A DNA stretch of 64,000 nt from Actinomycetes bacterium. GTDB taxonomy: Bacteria; Actinomycetota; Thermoleophilia; RBG-16-64-13. Of this stretch, positions 28,015-38,233 are shown piece by piece. The notes below the pieces were generated by a model. That model was given only the letters and a program-made list of their open reading frames with translations. It had not been told where the DNA came from and made no database searches. How positions within the stretch are numbered: position 1 is the stretch's first letter; every line of letters starts with the position of its first letter. The translations under genes and the position numbers were made by a program. Where the stretch lies: NCBI GenBank assembly GCA_024637095.1, contig JAGXFV010000009.1, forward strand, positions 7,549-71,548, read 5' to 3'.

Positions 28015-29567
28015 ACGACCTGCATGACTTCATAGAGCTCCTCCGCAGGCGGAAGGAGTTGGCCGAGATCGAGACCCCGGTCGATCCCGAACTGGAGATC
28101 ACGGAGATAGCAGACCGGGTCGTGAAGGCCGGAGGACCTGCGCTCCTGTTCACAGCCGTCAAGGGCAGCGACCTGCCCGTGCTTATTGGGCAGTTCGGCA
28201 CGCATGGGCGCATGCTGGCGGCCCTGCGGGCGGATTCCTATGAATCCCTCTCCCGTCGGGTGCGCGAACTTGTGGCCATGGATGTGCCCGGCGGCTTCGT
28301 CGAGAAACTCAAGGCCCTGGGACGGCTGCGAGACATCGCCGGTTACGGGCCCAAGTTGGTCAAGGAAGGCGTGTGCCAGGAAGTGATCTACCGCGGCGAC
28401 GAGGTGGACCTCGGTCGCCTGCCGGTGCTCACCACCTGGCCCCTGGACGGGGGGCCATTCATCACGCTCCCCGTGGTCTTTACCCGCGACCCCCGCAGCG
28501 GGCGACGCAATGCCGGGATGTACCGGTTGCAGGTCTATGACCGAAACACCACGGGCATGCATTGGCACCTGCACAAGGACGCAGCCGAGAACTACCGGCA
28601 GGCCGGCGGCCGCCTGGAAATCGCCGTCGCGATCGGCACCGACCCGGCCGTCACCTACTCCGCCACCGCACCGCTGCCCAAGATGTTGGACGAGATGATG
28701 TTCGCCGGCTTCCTCCGGGGGCAGGCGGTGGAGATGGTTCCCTGCGTGAGCGTCGATCTCGAGGTCCCGGCGCACTCGGAGATCGTGCTCGAGGGCTATG
28801 TCGACGTCGGGGAGCGCCGCACCGAAGGGCCGTTTGGCGATCACACCGGCTACTACTCCCTGGCCGACGAGTATCCGGTCTTCCACGTGACCGCCCTCAC
28901 CCATCGCCGGGACGCGGTGTATTCGACCACCATTGTGGGCGTTCCCCCCATGGAGGACACCTACCTGGGCAAGGCCACCGAGCGGCTCTTCCTCCCCCTG
29001 CTCCAGCTAACCATGCCCGAAGTGGTGGATATGGACCTGCCTGATGAAGGTGGATTCCACAATTGCGCTATCCTTTCCATCCGGAAGTCCTATCCTCTCC
29101 ATGCACGTAAAGTGATGCACGCGGTCTGGGGCATGGGGCAGATGCAGTTCACCAAGAACGTGATCGTGGTGGACGAGGATGTGAACGTGCACGACTATGC
29201 CGAGGTGGCCTGGCGGGTGTTGAACAACGTGGATCCCAGGCGAGATACGATCATCACGGAGGGACCGCTCGATGCCCTCGACCACTCGTCGCCCAACCCC
29301 CACTGGGGCGCAAAGATGGGAATCGATGGGACCAGGAAGTGGCCCGAGGAGGGTCACCCGCGCGAGTGGCCCCCGGATATCGTCATGGACCCTGAGGTCA
29401 AGAGGCGAGTCGACGGGCTCTGGGCCGATCTGGGTCTGGAGAAATGGGGACTGGGAGACCTGGGCGGTGCCGGGGATGGCGGTTCCCAGGCGGAGGCAAG
29501 CCTGGCCCGACGTGCCGGAGGGCGGCTGCTGCGCCGGCGTGGGCGTCGAGGCGAGGACGGTCGCTAG
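27999..29567 (+). CDS. ubiD: UbiD-family menaquinone biosynthesis decarboxylase (MqnL)
   Basis: DLHDFIELL, ELEITEI, NAGMYRLQ, EGPFGDHTGYY, LDHSS; start GTG 27999 or CTG 28011. Confidence 0.92.
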   Translation: MQPPLNDLHDFIELLRRRKELAEIETPVDPELEITEIADRVVKAGGPALLFTAVKGSDLPVLIGQFGTHGRMLAALRADSYESLSRRVRELVAMDVPGGFVEKLKALGRLRDIAGYGPKLVKEGVCQEVIYRGDEVDLGRLPVLTTWPLDGGPFITLPVVFTRDPRSGRRNAGMYRLQVYDRNTTGMHWHLHKDAAENYRQAGGRLEIAVAIGTDPAVTYSATAPLPKMLDEMMFAGFLRGQAVEMVPCVSVDLEVPAHSEIVLEGYVDVGERRTEGPFGDHTGYYSLADEYPVFHVTALTHRRDAVYSTTIVGVPPMEDTYLGKATERLFLPLLQLTMPEVVDMDLPDEGGFHNCAILSIRKSYPLHARKVMHAVWGMGQMQFTKNVIVVDEDVNVHDYAEVAWRVLNNVDPRRDTIITEGPLDALDHSSPNPHWGAKMGIDGTRKWPEEGHPREWPPDIVMDPEVKRRVDGLWADLGLEKWGLGDLGGAGDGGSQAEASLARRAGGRLLRRRGRRGEDGR

Positions 29568-29568
29568 G

Positions 29569-30483
29569 ATGGCCGGTTCCAGCCGCCTGAGTCAGCGGGG
29601 CAGCGTGGCCGAGAGCGGTCTTGGGGCGCTGTCCTACCTGGGGCTCTACATCAACCTGGTCAAGTTCGAGCACACCATCTTCGCCCTGCCCTTCGCCTAC
29701 GTGGGCGCCTTCCTGGCAGAGGGAGCCATTCCCAGCTTCTGGCGGATGTTATGGATTACGGTGGCCATGGTGGGCGCCCGCAGCCTGGCGATGGCGCTCA
29801 ACCGCCTGCTGGACGCGGAGATCGATGCCCTGAACCCCCGCACCGCTGTGCGCGAACTGCCGGCGGGGAGACTCTCGCGGCTGGAAGGCTGGGTTTTCTC
29901 GCTGGTCAGCCTGGCCGTGCTCATCATCGCTACCCTCAACCTGCCCGAGATCACCCGCTATCTCTGGCCCCTGGTCGTGCTTCCCTTCCTGATCTACCCT
30001 TTGACCAAGCGCTGGACCTGGCTCTGTCACCTCTTTCTGGGGGCCACCATCGGCCTGGGACCGGTGGGCGCCTGGGTCGCGGTCACGGGAGAAGTCACCT
30101 GGGAGCCCTTCCTGTTGGGCGGAGCGGTGGCCTTGTGGATCGCGGGATTCGACATCATCTACTCCTTCATGGATGTTCCCTTCGACCGGTCGCACGGAAT
30201 CCACTCGGTACCCGCAGATCTCGGTTATCAGGCGGGCGTCTGGCTCCCCCGCGTCTTTCACACCGCCTCGATCGGACTGCTGGTACTAACCGGTCTGGTC
30301 ACCGGGGTGGGCTGGCTCTTCTTCGCGGGAGTCCTCGTCAGTGCGGGTCTCTTGGCTTACGAGAACTGGCTGGTTCGCGAGGTCGACCTGGCCAAGACGG
30401 GCATCGCCTTTATGACCATGAACAGCATAATCAGCGTCGTGTTCTTCGTGTTCGCCACGGGCGCGGTCTTGTTGCAGGGTTGA
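29569..30483 (+). CDS. mqnP: UbiA-family prenyltransferase (MqnP)
   Basis: KFEHTIFALPFAY, NRLLDAEIDALNPRT, GFDIIY; multi-TM. Confidence 0.9.
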   Translation: MAGSSRLSQRGSVAESGLGALSYLGLYINLVKFEHTIFALPFAYVGAFLAEGAIPSFWRMLWITVAMVGARSLAMALNRLLDAEIDALNPRTAVRELPAGRLSRLEGWVFSLVSLAVLIIATLNLPEITRYLWPLVVLPFLIYPLTKRWTWLCHLFLGATIGLGPVGAWVAVTGEVTWEPFLLGGAVALWIAGFDIIYSFMDVPFDRSHGIHSVPADLGYQAGVWLPRVFHTASIGLLVLTGLVTGVGWLFFAGVLVSAGLLAYENWLVREVDLAKTGIAFMTMNSIISVVFFVFATGAVLLQG

Positions 30484-30493
30484 GGGGCGTTCG

Positions 30494-31219
30494 ATGAAGG
30501 CCCCGCTGCTCAAGCGCGTAGACGCGGCTCCCGAACCCAGTAAGGTACGGGCGATGTTCGACACTATCGCCGGTTCGTATGATCTGCTCAACACCCTGAT
30601 GAGTGCCGGTCTTCACCATCGCTGGCGCGAACTCGGAGTGCTCTTGACTCGGGTGGGACCCGGCGATTCGGCGCTCGACGTGGCTACCGGAACGGGCGAC
30701 TTTGCCTTCGCCCTGCGGCGGGTCGTGGGCCCCCAGGGAAGAGTGGTGGGCCTCGACTTCTCCGAGGAGATGCTCGCCGTCGCCCGGGAGAAGAGCGGGC
30801 GCAACCAGCACTGGGTAGATTTCGTTCAGGGCGACGCACTCAGCCTGCCCTTCGCCGACGATATCTTCGACGCTTCGACGGTTGGCTTTGGCATCCGAAA
30901 CGTGCCGGACATCGAGCGGGCTTTTGCCGAGATGCGCCGGGTGGTGCGTCCGGGGGGCCGGGTCGTCTGCTTGGAAATCACTCAGCCGCAGATCATCGGC
31001 TTCAAGCAGTTCTTCGGGCTGTGGTTCGATCTGGGCGCGCCGGTGCTGGGCCGGCTGGCCGGGAGCAACGGCTCGGCCTATGAGTACCTTCCCGCCTCGG
31101 TGCGCCGCTTCCCCGATCCCGAAGCCCTGCGGGAGATCATGCGTTCCGCGGGCATGCAGAATCCACGCTACGAGATCCTGGCCGGGGGCATCATCGCCCT
31201 TCACCACGCCTCGGCCTAG
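30494..31219 (+). CDS. menG: demethylmenaquinone methyltransferase
   Basis: MFDTIAGSYDLLNTLMS, LDVATGTGD, GFGIRNV, AYEYLPASV. Confidence 0.93.
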   Translation: MKAPLLKRVDAAPEPSKVRAMFDTIAGSYDLLNTLMSAGLHHRWRELGVLLTRVGPGDSALDVATGTGDFAFALRRVVGPQGRVVGLDFSEEMLAVAREKSGRNQHWVDFVQGDALSLPFADDIFDASTVGFGIRNVPDIERAFAEMRRVVRPGGRVVCLEITQPQIIGFKQFFGLWFDLGAPVLGRLAGSNGSAYEYLPASVRRFPDPEALREIMRSAGMQNPRYEILAGGIIALHHASA

Positions 31220-31233
31220 ACTTTGAGGAGCAA

Positions 31234-32466
31234 ATGAGTACTGGCGAATACGAAAACAAGAACCCGCGTGCCTCCGTTGCGAACGGCGCGAACGGGGCCG
31301 GCGCCCGCCTGCGCGCGTCTCTTGATCTGGTCGAAGAGAAGGTGCGCGCCGGTGAGCGGCTCGGCCGCGACGACGGCCTCGCTCTGTTGAGCAGCCCCGA
31401 TCTGCTTCGTGTGGGCCGCTTGGCCGACCTGGCCCGCAGGCGCAAGGCGGCCGAGACCGGAGCAGGCGAAACCGTCTACTTCATCAACAATCGGCACATC
31501 AACCACACCAACATCTGCAAGAACATGTGCCGTTTCTGCGCCTTCTCGCGGGCGGCGGGCGCAGAGGGAGCCTACGCACTTACGCTCGACGAGATCCTGG
31601 CCAAAGCCCGGGAGGCAGCGGCACTGGGGGCGACCGAACTGCATATCGTCGGCGGCGAGCACCCGCAGATGAGCTACGCCGAGGTGCGGGAGATGATGGT
31701 CCGCCTGCACGAGACCGTACCGGACATCACGCTGACGGCCTTCACTGCCTCGGAGATCGTCCACTTCGCCGACAATGCGGAGATGAGCGAGGAAGAGATA
31801 CTTCTGGATCTGAAAGACGTGGGGCTGGGCAGCCTTCCCGGGGGCGGCGCCGAGATCTTCTCTCCGCGGGTGCGCGGGCTGGTCTGCGAACGCAAGATCT
31901 CTGGAGAACGTTGGCTCGAGGTGCACAAGACGGCCCACCGCGCCGGCCTGCCGACCAACGCCACCATGCTCTACGGGCATGTCGAGAGCTTGGAGGAGCG
32001 GGTCGACCACCTGCTGGCGTTGCGTGAGGCTCAGGACGAAACCGGTGGCTTTCTGGCCTTTATCCCGCTGGCCTTCCACCCGCAGAACACCGAACTCTCT
32101 CATCTGCCCGGGTCAACCGGAGTCGAGGACCTGAAGGTTCTGGCAGCGGCGCGCCTGTTACTCGACAACTTCCCGCACATCAAAGCCTACTGGGTGATGA
32201 TCGGGCTCAAACTGGCGCAGGTCAGTCTCTTCTTCGGAGTGGATGACGTGGACGGCACGATCGTCGAGGAAACCATCACCAAAGCGGCGGGATCCCAGGC
32301 GGGGCAGGCCGTGGCCCGCGCCGAACTGGAACGCATCATCGCAGACGCCGGGCGGGTTCCCGTCGAACGCGACACTTTCTACCATCCTGTGGCGGGGCAG
32401 GCGCCCGCAGATCCCGCGGATGCCATCACTGCGCCGGTGTCCGGGAGCCGGGGAGTCTCTGCTTGA
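31234..32466 (+). CDS. mqnE: aminofutalosine synthase (radical SAM)
   Basis: NRHINHTNICKNMCRFCAF, PGGGAEIF, NATMLYGH, HIKAYW. Confidence 0.9.
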   Translation: MSTGEYENKNPRASVANGANGAGARLRASLDLVEEKVRAGERLGRDDGLALLSSPDLLRVGRLADLARRRKAAETGAGETVYFINNRHINHTNICKNMCRFCAFSRAAGAEGAYALTLDEILAKAREAAALGATELHIVGGEHPQMSYAEVREMMVRLHETVPDITLTAFTASEIVHFADNAEMSEEEILLDLKDVGLGSLPGGGAEIFSPRVRGLVCERKISGERWLEVHKTAHRAGLPTNATMLYGHVESLEERVDHLLALREAQDETGGFLAFIPLAFHPQNTELSHLPGSTGVEDLKVLAAARLLLDNFPHIKAYWVMIGLKLAQVSLFFGVDDVDGTIVEETITKAAGSQAGQAVARAELERIIADAGRVPVERDTFYHPVAGQAPADPADAITAPVSGSRGVSA

Positions 32467-33335
32467 GGGTTCGCGTCGGGCATATCGAGTTTCTCAACTG
32501 CTATCCCCTCTACCACGGGCTTCGGCGGCGGGCGGAGGCTGGGCTGGTGAAGGCCGCCGACTTCGAGCTGATCTCGGGAGTGCCCACCGATTTGAACCGC
32601 ATGCTGGTTTCCGGCACCATCGACTTCGGCCCGATCAGTTCCATCGCCTACGCCCGCAACCATCGCCAACTGGCTCTCTCCCCCCGGCTCTCCATCTCGT
32701 CCAGGGGCGCGGTGGACAGCATCCAACTGGTGACGCGGACTCCGATCAAGCACATCTCCGCGGTGGCGCTAACCCCCAAGAGCGCGACTTCGGTGGCCCT
32801 GCTCAAGACGATTCTCAAGCTGCGATACGGCAGCGACGTCGAGTACGTGGAACTCCAGGTGCCTCCTGAGCAGGCGCTGGACGAGGTGGGTGCGGTCCTG
32901 CTAATTGGGGACGAGGGACTCGAAGCGATGTACTTCCCCTTCTCGGAGGCGGGGCGCTACGACCTGGGACAGGTCTGGCAGGACTGGACGGGCCTGCCGA
33001 TGGTCTACGCGGTCTGGGCCGCTCGGCGCGAGTTCGTCCACGACCATACATGGGCCCTCCTCTTGGTGGAGGAGGAGCTGGTGAGCTCCATGGGCGTGGG
33101 CCGCGAGCGGGCGGACGAGGTGGTGGACGCTGCGGCGGGGATCTCCCGTTTTGGGCGGGACTGCCTGCAACGCTACTTCCGCATGCTTCATTACGGCTTC
33201 GAGCCGGAATATCGGATGGGTCTGCGCCGCTACTACGAGCTTGCGCACGAGGCGGGCGAACTGGTCGAGCTCCCCGAGTTGCGCTTTCTGCACGAGTTCG
33301 GCGCACCCGAAGAATCGCTGGAGGCGCCGGCGTGA
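32463..33335 (+). CDS. mqnA: chorismate dehydratase
   Basis: VGHIEFLNCYPLYHG, GPISSIAY, SATSVALL, LLIGD, DLGQVW..WTGLPMVYAVW. Confidence 0.92.
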   Translation: MRVRVGHIEFLNCYPLYHGLRRRAEAGLVKAADFELISGVPTDLNRMLVSGTIDFGPISSIAYARNHRQLALSPRLSISSRGAVDSIQLVTRTPIKHISAVALTPKSATSVALLKTILKLRYGSDVEYVELQVPPEQALDEVGAVLLIGDEGLEAMYFPFSEAGRYDLGQVWQDWTGLPMVYAVWAARREFVHDHTWALLLVEEELVSSMGVGRERADEVVDAAAGISRFGRDCLQRYFRMLHYGFEPEYRMGLRRYYELAHEAGELVELPELRFLHEFGAPEESLEAPA

Positions 33336-34432
33336 CGGACCCCGCCACCGCCGAATTCCCCGCCGGGGTCGCCGGTAGAGTCCGGGCCGGAGAGCGCCTC
33401 TCCGACGAGGAGGCGGTTGCCCTGCTGCGCTCGCGTGACCTTCTGCGCCTGGGTGAGCTGGCCTCCGAGCGTCGGGCCCAGACGGTTCCCGGGGACCGCG
33501 TCACCTACGTGGTCGACCGCAACATCAATTACTCCAACGTTTGCATCACCCAGTGCGACTTCTGCGCTTTTTACTGCGCTCCCGGCCAGGAGGGAGCCTA
33601 CGTGCTCACCCAGGAGGAGATCTTCGAGAAGATCGAGGAGACCATCGAGTTGGGTGGCACCGCCGTGATGATGCAGGGCGGTCATCACCCCGATCTGGGC
33701 GTGGAGTACTACGAGGAGCTCTTCCGGGCGATCAAGCAGCGCTTCGAGATCACGATTCACTCGCTCTCTCCTCCGGAGATCCTGCATATCGCCAAGGTCA
33801 GCGGCCTCGAGACCACGCAGGTGCTTGACCGGCTGCGCGCGGCGGGCCTGGACTCGCTTCCGGGTGGCGGCGCCGAAATCCTGGTGGACTCCGTGCGCGA
33901 ACGCATCGCTCCCCGCAAGGCGCGGACCGAACCGTGGCTGCGGGTCATGCGCGAGGCGCACAGGATCGGGATGAAGAGCACGGCCACGATGATGTTCGGC
34001 AGTATGGAGAGCCTGGAGGATCGGGTCGAGCACATGCGCCGCATCCGAGAGGTGCAGGACGACACGGGAGGCTTTCGCGCCTTCATTCCCTGGACCTTTC
34101 AGCCGGGGAACACCGAACTGGAGGGAGAAGCCGAATCAGCCACCGCCGTCGATTACCTGGCCACTCTGGCGGTTTCGCGACTTTATCTGGACAACGTCCC
34201 CAACATCCAGGCCTCCTGGGTCACTCAGGGACTCAAGGTGGGCCAGGTGGCTCTGCACTTCGGGGCCAACGACCTGGGCAGCACCATGATCGAGGAAAAT
34301 GTGGTGGCCGCCGCCGGGGTGACCTTCAGCGTTTCTGCCGCGGACCTCAAGCACGCCATCCGCCAGGCCGGGTTCGTGCCCGCGCAACGGCGGACCGATT
34401 ACAGTCTGGTCGAGGGGGCTCTGGACCAGTAG
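33332..34432 (+). CDS. mqnC: cyclic dehypoxanthinyl futalosine synthase (radical SAM)
   Basis: VDRNINYSNVCITQCDFCAF, TATMMFG, QASWVTQG, GANDLGSTMIEENVV; GTG start overlapping mqnA stop. Confidence 0.92.
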   Translation: MTDPATAEFPAGVAGRVRAGERLSDEEAVALLRSRDLLRLGELASERRAQTVPGDRVTYVVDRNINYSNVCITQCDFCAFYCAPGQEGAYVLTQEEIFEKIEETIELGGTAVMMQGGHHPDLGVEYYEELFRAIKQRFEITIHSLSPPEILHIAKVSGLETTQVLDRLRAAGLDSLPGGGAEILVDSVRERIAPRKARTEPWLRVMREAHRIGMKSTATMMFGSMESLEDRVEHMRRIREVQDDTGGFRAFIPWTFQPGNTELEGEAESATAVDYLATLAVSRLYLDNVPNIQASWVTQGLKVGQVALHFGANDLGSTMIEENVVAAAGVTFSVSAADLKHAIRQAGFVPAQRRTDYSLVEGALDQ

Positions 34433-34685
34433 GGTGCGCTTGTCGGAGCGGGGGCCCCGGGGTGCCGGGCGGTCGGTGGTCAGACCAGTTTCTTTCACAT
34501 AGCAAAATTACCTGCAAAAATGGGACTTTCTTGGGCAGCTTCTGGCGGTTTCTGGCTTGTGGAGAGCAAGTCGGCAATGTTATACTGCCCGGCGCTGCCT
34601 CTTGTGGAGGCCTGCACATTCTCTTTTGAGCAACAGCCCAGGCGTCAGCCCTGTTCCGTAGCCCCGCCAACCTCAGGAGGTCGGC

Positions 34686-35246
34686 TTGATCAGATACAAC
34701 CCTGAGCAGGCCCGCGAGTACCGCGAGAAGCTAATCGAAGAGGTGCAGGCCGACGTGGCCGAGTGCTACCAGTGTGGCAACTGCTCCGCCGGCTGCCCGG
34801 CCAACTTCACCTTCGATTACCCGCCTAACCAGATGATGCGCATGCTCCAGGTGGGGTTGGTAGACGAGTTGCTTCGCTCGAAGAGCGTGCAGAACTGCAT
34901 TCAATGCCTCACGTGCTCGGCGCGCTGCCCCCGCACCATCGACGTGGCCGGGATCATAGAGGATCTCAAGACCATCGCCGCCGCGCGCGGCATCGCCGTC
35001 CCGGAGCACGTGGAGACCTTCAACCACGCCTTCCTCAAGAACATCGCCCGCTTCGGACAGCTCAACGAGGCGCTCTTCCTGGTGCGTTTCAATCTGGAAT
35101 CGGGCCAACCATTCAACGACGCCAGCCTGGGCACGCCGATGCTGACCCGGGGCAAGCTGGACCCCATCCCTCGGCGGGCGGCGGGTGCCGGCGAAGTCGG
35201 ACGCATCTACGAGAAAGCGATGGAGAAGGCCAGATGGCAGGCGTAG
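34686..35246 (+). CDS. hdrC: heterodisulfide reductase subunit C
   Basis: CYQCGNCSAGCP and CIQCLTCSARCP. Confidence 0.9.
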   Translation: MIRYNPEQAREYREKLIEEVQADVAECYQCGNCSAGCPANFTFDYPPNQMMRMLQVGLVDELLRSKSVQNCIQCLTCSARCPRTIDVAGIIEDLKTIAAARGIAVPEHVETFNHAFLKNIARFGQLNEALFLVRFNLESGQPFNDASLGTPMLTRGKLDPIPRRAAGAGEVGRIYEKAMEKARWQA

Positions 35247-36244
35247 CCTACTACCCGGGGTGCTCGCTGCGGCACTCCGCGATCGAGTTCGACCGCTCCA
35301 CCCGCATAGTGCTCGAGTCGCTGGGGATCGACTACGAGATCGTCAAGGATTGGACCTGCTGTGGGGCGTCTCCCGCGCACATGACCAACCACCTGCTGGC
35401 GCAGGCGCTCGCGACGCGCAACCTGCGTCAGGCTGCCAAGATCGGCGAGGAACTGCTGGCTCCCTGTCCGGCCTGCTATCAGCGGGAGAAGAACGCCGAG
35501 GTCGAGGTCCATGCCGACGCCGACTTCCGGGCTGAGGTCAACGAGATCATGGATGAGCCCTACACCGGCGAGGTCCGGGTGTGGAGCCTGCCTGAGTTTC
35601 TCAAAGAGAAGGTGGGCCTGACGACGCTGGCCAAGCTGCCCACCACCGACCTCTCTCAGCTGAAGGTGGTGCCCTACTACGGTTGCCTGCTGGCCCGGCC
35701 CGCGGAACTGACCGGCGAGTGTGACACCGAGCAGCCCATGGTCATGGACCAGTTGCTGGCCGCCGCCGGAGCCGACGTGGTCTGGTGGAACTACAAGACC
35801 GAGTGCTGCGGCGCCAGCGTGGGCGTACCCAACAAGATCATTCAGCAGCGCCTTTCGGAGAAGATCCTTTCCCAGGCGGAAGAGGCCGGAGCGGACGCCA
35901 TCGTGACCGCCTGTCCCCTCTGCCACCAGAACCTGGACATGCGCCAACACCAGCTGAACGACGCCATGGGCACCAGCCACCGTATGCCGGTGCTCTACCT
36001 GACCCAGGTTATGGGCTTGGGCCTGGGCTTCACGCCAAAAGAGATGATGCTGGACAAGCACCTGATCGACCCCACCCCGGTGGTGGAGCGGGCAATCGCC
36101 AAGGCCGCGGAGGTGCGGGCCGAAGCCGAGCTCAAGGCGCAGGAGGCTGCGGAGAAGGCACGCAAGAAGGCCGAGCGCAAGAAGAAGGAAGCGGAGGCCA
36201 AGCCGACCGGCGACGAAGATGCGAACGTGGAGGAACGCGAATGA
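35234..36244 (+). CDS. hdrB: heterodisulfide reductase subunit B
   Basis: YYPGC, WTCCG, PCPAC, YYGC, ECCG, ACPLCHQNLD (two CCG domains); ATG 35234. Confidence 0.92.
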   Translation: MAGVAYYPGCSLRHSAIEFDRSTRIVLESLGIDYEIVKDWTCCGASPAHMTNHLLAQALATRNLRQAAKIGEELLAPCPACYQREKNAEVEVHADADFRAEVNEIMDEPYTGEVRVWSLPEFLKEKVGLTTLAKLPTTDLSQLKVVPYYGCLLARPAELTGECDTEQPMVMDQLLAAAGADVVWWNYKTECCGASVGVPNKIIQQRLSEKILSQAEEAGADAIVTACPLCHQNLDMRQHQLNDAMGTSHRMPVLYLTQVMGLGLGFTPKEMMLDKHLIDPTPVVERAIAKAAEVRAEAELKAQEAAEKARKKAERKKKEAEAKPTGDEDANVEERE

Positions 36245-38226
36245 GGATCGGAGTCTTCGTCTGCCACTGCGGCACGAACATAGCGGCGACCGTCGATTCC
36301 GAGGGCATCGCGGCCCGCGCCGGGGAGCTCAAGGGCGTCGTCCACACCGAGGACATCATCTACACTTGCTCGGAGCCCGGGCAGCATGCCATCCAGCGGG
36401 CGATCCGGGAGAAAGACCTGGACCGCGTGGTAGTGGCCGCCTGTTCCCCGCACATGCACGAGGTCACTTTCCGGCGCACCGTGGAAGGCGCGGGGCTCAA
36501 CCCCTACCTCTTCGAGATGGCCAATATTCGCGAGCACTGCTCCTGGATCCACGCCGACAAGCCCGAGGGCAGCGAGAAGGCCTACGACCTCATCAAGATG
36601 GCGGTCGCCAAGGTGCGCGATCTGGAGCCGCTCTACGCCAACGAGGTCGAGGTGAACAAGGACGTGCTGGTGATCGGCGGCGGCGTGGCCGGCATCCAGG
36701 CGGCGCTCGACCTGGCTGAGGCGGGCCTCAAGGTGACCGTGGTGGAGAAGGAGACCACCATCGGCGGCACCATGGCCCAGCTGGATAAGACCTTTCCCAC
36801 CATCGACTGTTCCGCCTGCATTCTCACTCCCCGCATGGTGGACTGCTCTCAGCACGAGAACATCGAGATCATGGCCTATTCCGAGATCGATCGGGTGCAG
36901 GGCTACGTGGGCAACTTCACCGTCGACATCCGCAAGAAGGCGTCGATGGTCGACTGGGACAAGTGCATCGGCTGCGAGCTCTGCCAGCAGAAGTGCCCGG
37001 CCAAGGCGCCGGATGCTTTCAATGAGGGGATCGCCACCACCAAGGCAATCTACATCCCCTTCCCGCAGGCGGTACCCAAACGGGCGGCCATCCAGGTGGA
37101 TTACTGCCGCTGGTTCCAGGAGGGCAAGTGCCGGGTCTGCGAGCGGGTTTGTCCTGCCGACGCCATAGACTATAAGCAGCAGGACGAGTACGTGCAGAAG
37201 GAGTTCGGAGCCATCGTGGTGGCCACCGGCCAGGACGTCTTCCCCTGGGAGGAGTACTACCACGAGTACGGCTCGGGGCGGATTCCCGATGTAATCTCGG
37301 GCCTGCAGTACGAGCGCATGCTGAACGCCTCGGGCCCCACTCACGGCCACGTGCTGCGGCCCTCCACCATGGGCCAAAAGGACGTGGAGCCGGAGGAGCC
37401 GCAGACCGTGGTATTCATCCAGTGCATCGGCTCGCGTGACGAGTCGGTGGGCCGGCCCTACTGCTCGAACGTTTGCTGCATGTACACGGCCAAGCAGGCG
37501 ATCCTGACCAAGGATCACGTGGGCATGGAGACCGAGGTCTATGTCTTCTACATCGACATCCGGGCCTTTGGCAAGGGCTACGAGGAGTTCGTCAAGCGGG
37601 CTCAGACGGAGTTCGGGGTCAAGTACGTGCGCGGCCGCGTGTCCAAGCTCTACGAGGAGCGGGGCAAGGTCAAGGTGCGGGGCATGGATACCCTGCTGGG
37701 CAAGCAGGTGGAGATCGACGCCGACCTCGTGGTCCTGGCTTCGGGCATCACCGCGGCCGACGGTGCCTCCGAACTGGCCCAGCGCCTCAACATCAGCTAC
37801 GACCAGTATGGCTTCTTCAAAGAGTCTCACCCCAAGCTGCGGCCGCTGGAGACCAACACCGCCGGCATCTTCCTGGCGGGAGCCTGCCAGGCGCCCAAGG
37901 ACATCCCGACCACCGTGGCTCAAGCTTCGGGCACCGCGGCCAAGGTGCTGGGACTGCTGGCCAAGGACAAGCTGAAGACTTCACCGATGATCGCGCGGGT
38001 CGACCAGAACCGCTGCGTCTCCTGCTGGAAGTGCATCGAGGTCTGCCCCTTTGGCGCTCCCGAGAAGGAGGAGCTCCGCGACGGCAGCTACAAGAGCCAT
38101 ATCATCGAGACCGTCTGCCAGGGTTGCGGCATCTGCGTGGCCACCTGCCCGGTCAACTGCATCGACCTCAAGGGCTTCGGCACTCAGTCGGTTCTCGATC
38201 AGATCGAAGAAGTCCTCCTAACCTAG
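36241..38226 (+). CDS. hdrA: heterodisulfide reductase subunit A (flavin-bifurcating)
   Basis: MRIGVFVCHCGTNIA, NIREHCSW, GGGVAG, LDKTFPTIDCSACIL, YCSNVCCMY, C-terminal ferredoxin. Confidence 0.95.
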   Translation: MRIGVFVCHCGTNIAATVDSEGIAARAGELKGVVHTEDIIYTCSEPGQHAIQRAIREKDLDRVVVAACSPHMHEVTFRRTVEGAGLNPYLFEMANIREHCSWIHADKPEGSEKAYDLIKMAVAKVRDLEPLYANEVEVNKDVLVIGGGVAGIQAALDLAEAGLKVTVVEKETTIGGTMAQLDKTFPTIDCSACILTPRMVDCSQHENIEIMAYSEIDRVQGYVGNFTVDIRKKASMVDWDKCIGCELCQQKCPAKAPDAFNEGIATTKAIYIPFPQAVPKRAAIQVDYCRWFQEGKCRVCERVCPADAIDYKQQDEYVQKEFGAIVVATGQDVFPWEEYYHEYGSGRIPDVISGLQYERMLNASGPTHGHVLRPSTMGQKDVEPEEPQTVVFIQCIGSRDESVGRPYCSNVCCMYTAKQAILTKDHVGMETEVYVFYIDIRAFGKGYEEFVKRAQTEFGVKYVRGRVSKLYEERGKVKVRGMDTLLGKQVEIDADLVVLASGITAADGASELAQRLNISYDQYGFFKESHPKLRPLETNTAGIFLAGACQAPKDIPTTVAQASGTAAKVLGLLAKDKLKTSPMIARVDQNRCVSCWKCIEVCPFGAPEKEELRDGSYKSHIIETVCQGCGICVATCPVNCIDLKGFGTQSVLDQIEEVLLT

Positions 38227-38233
38227 AAAGGCG

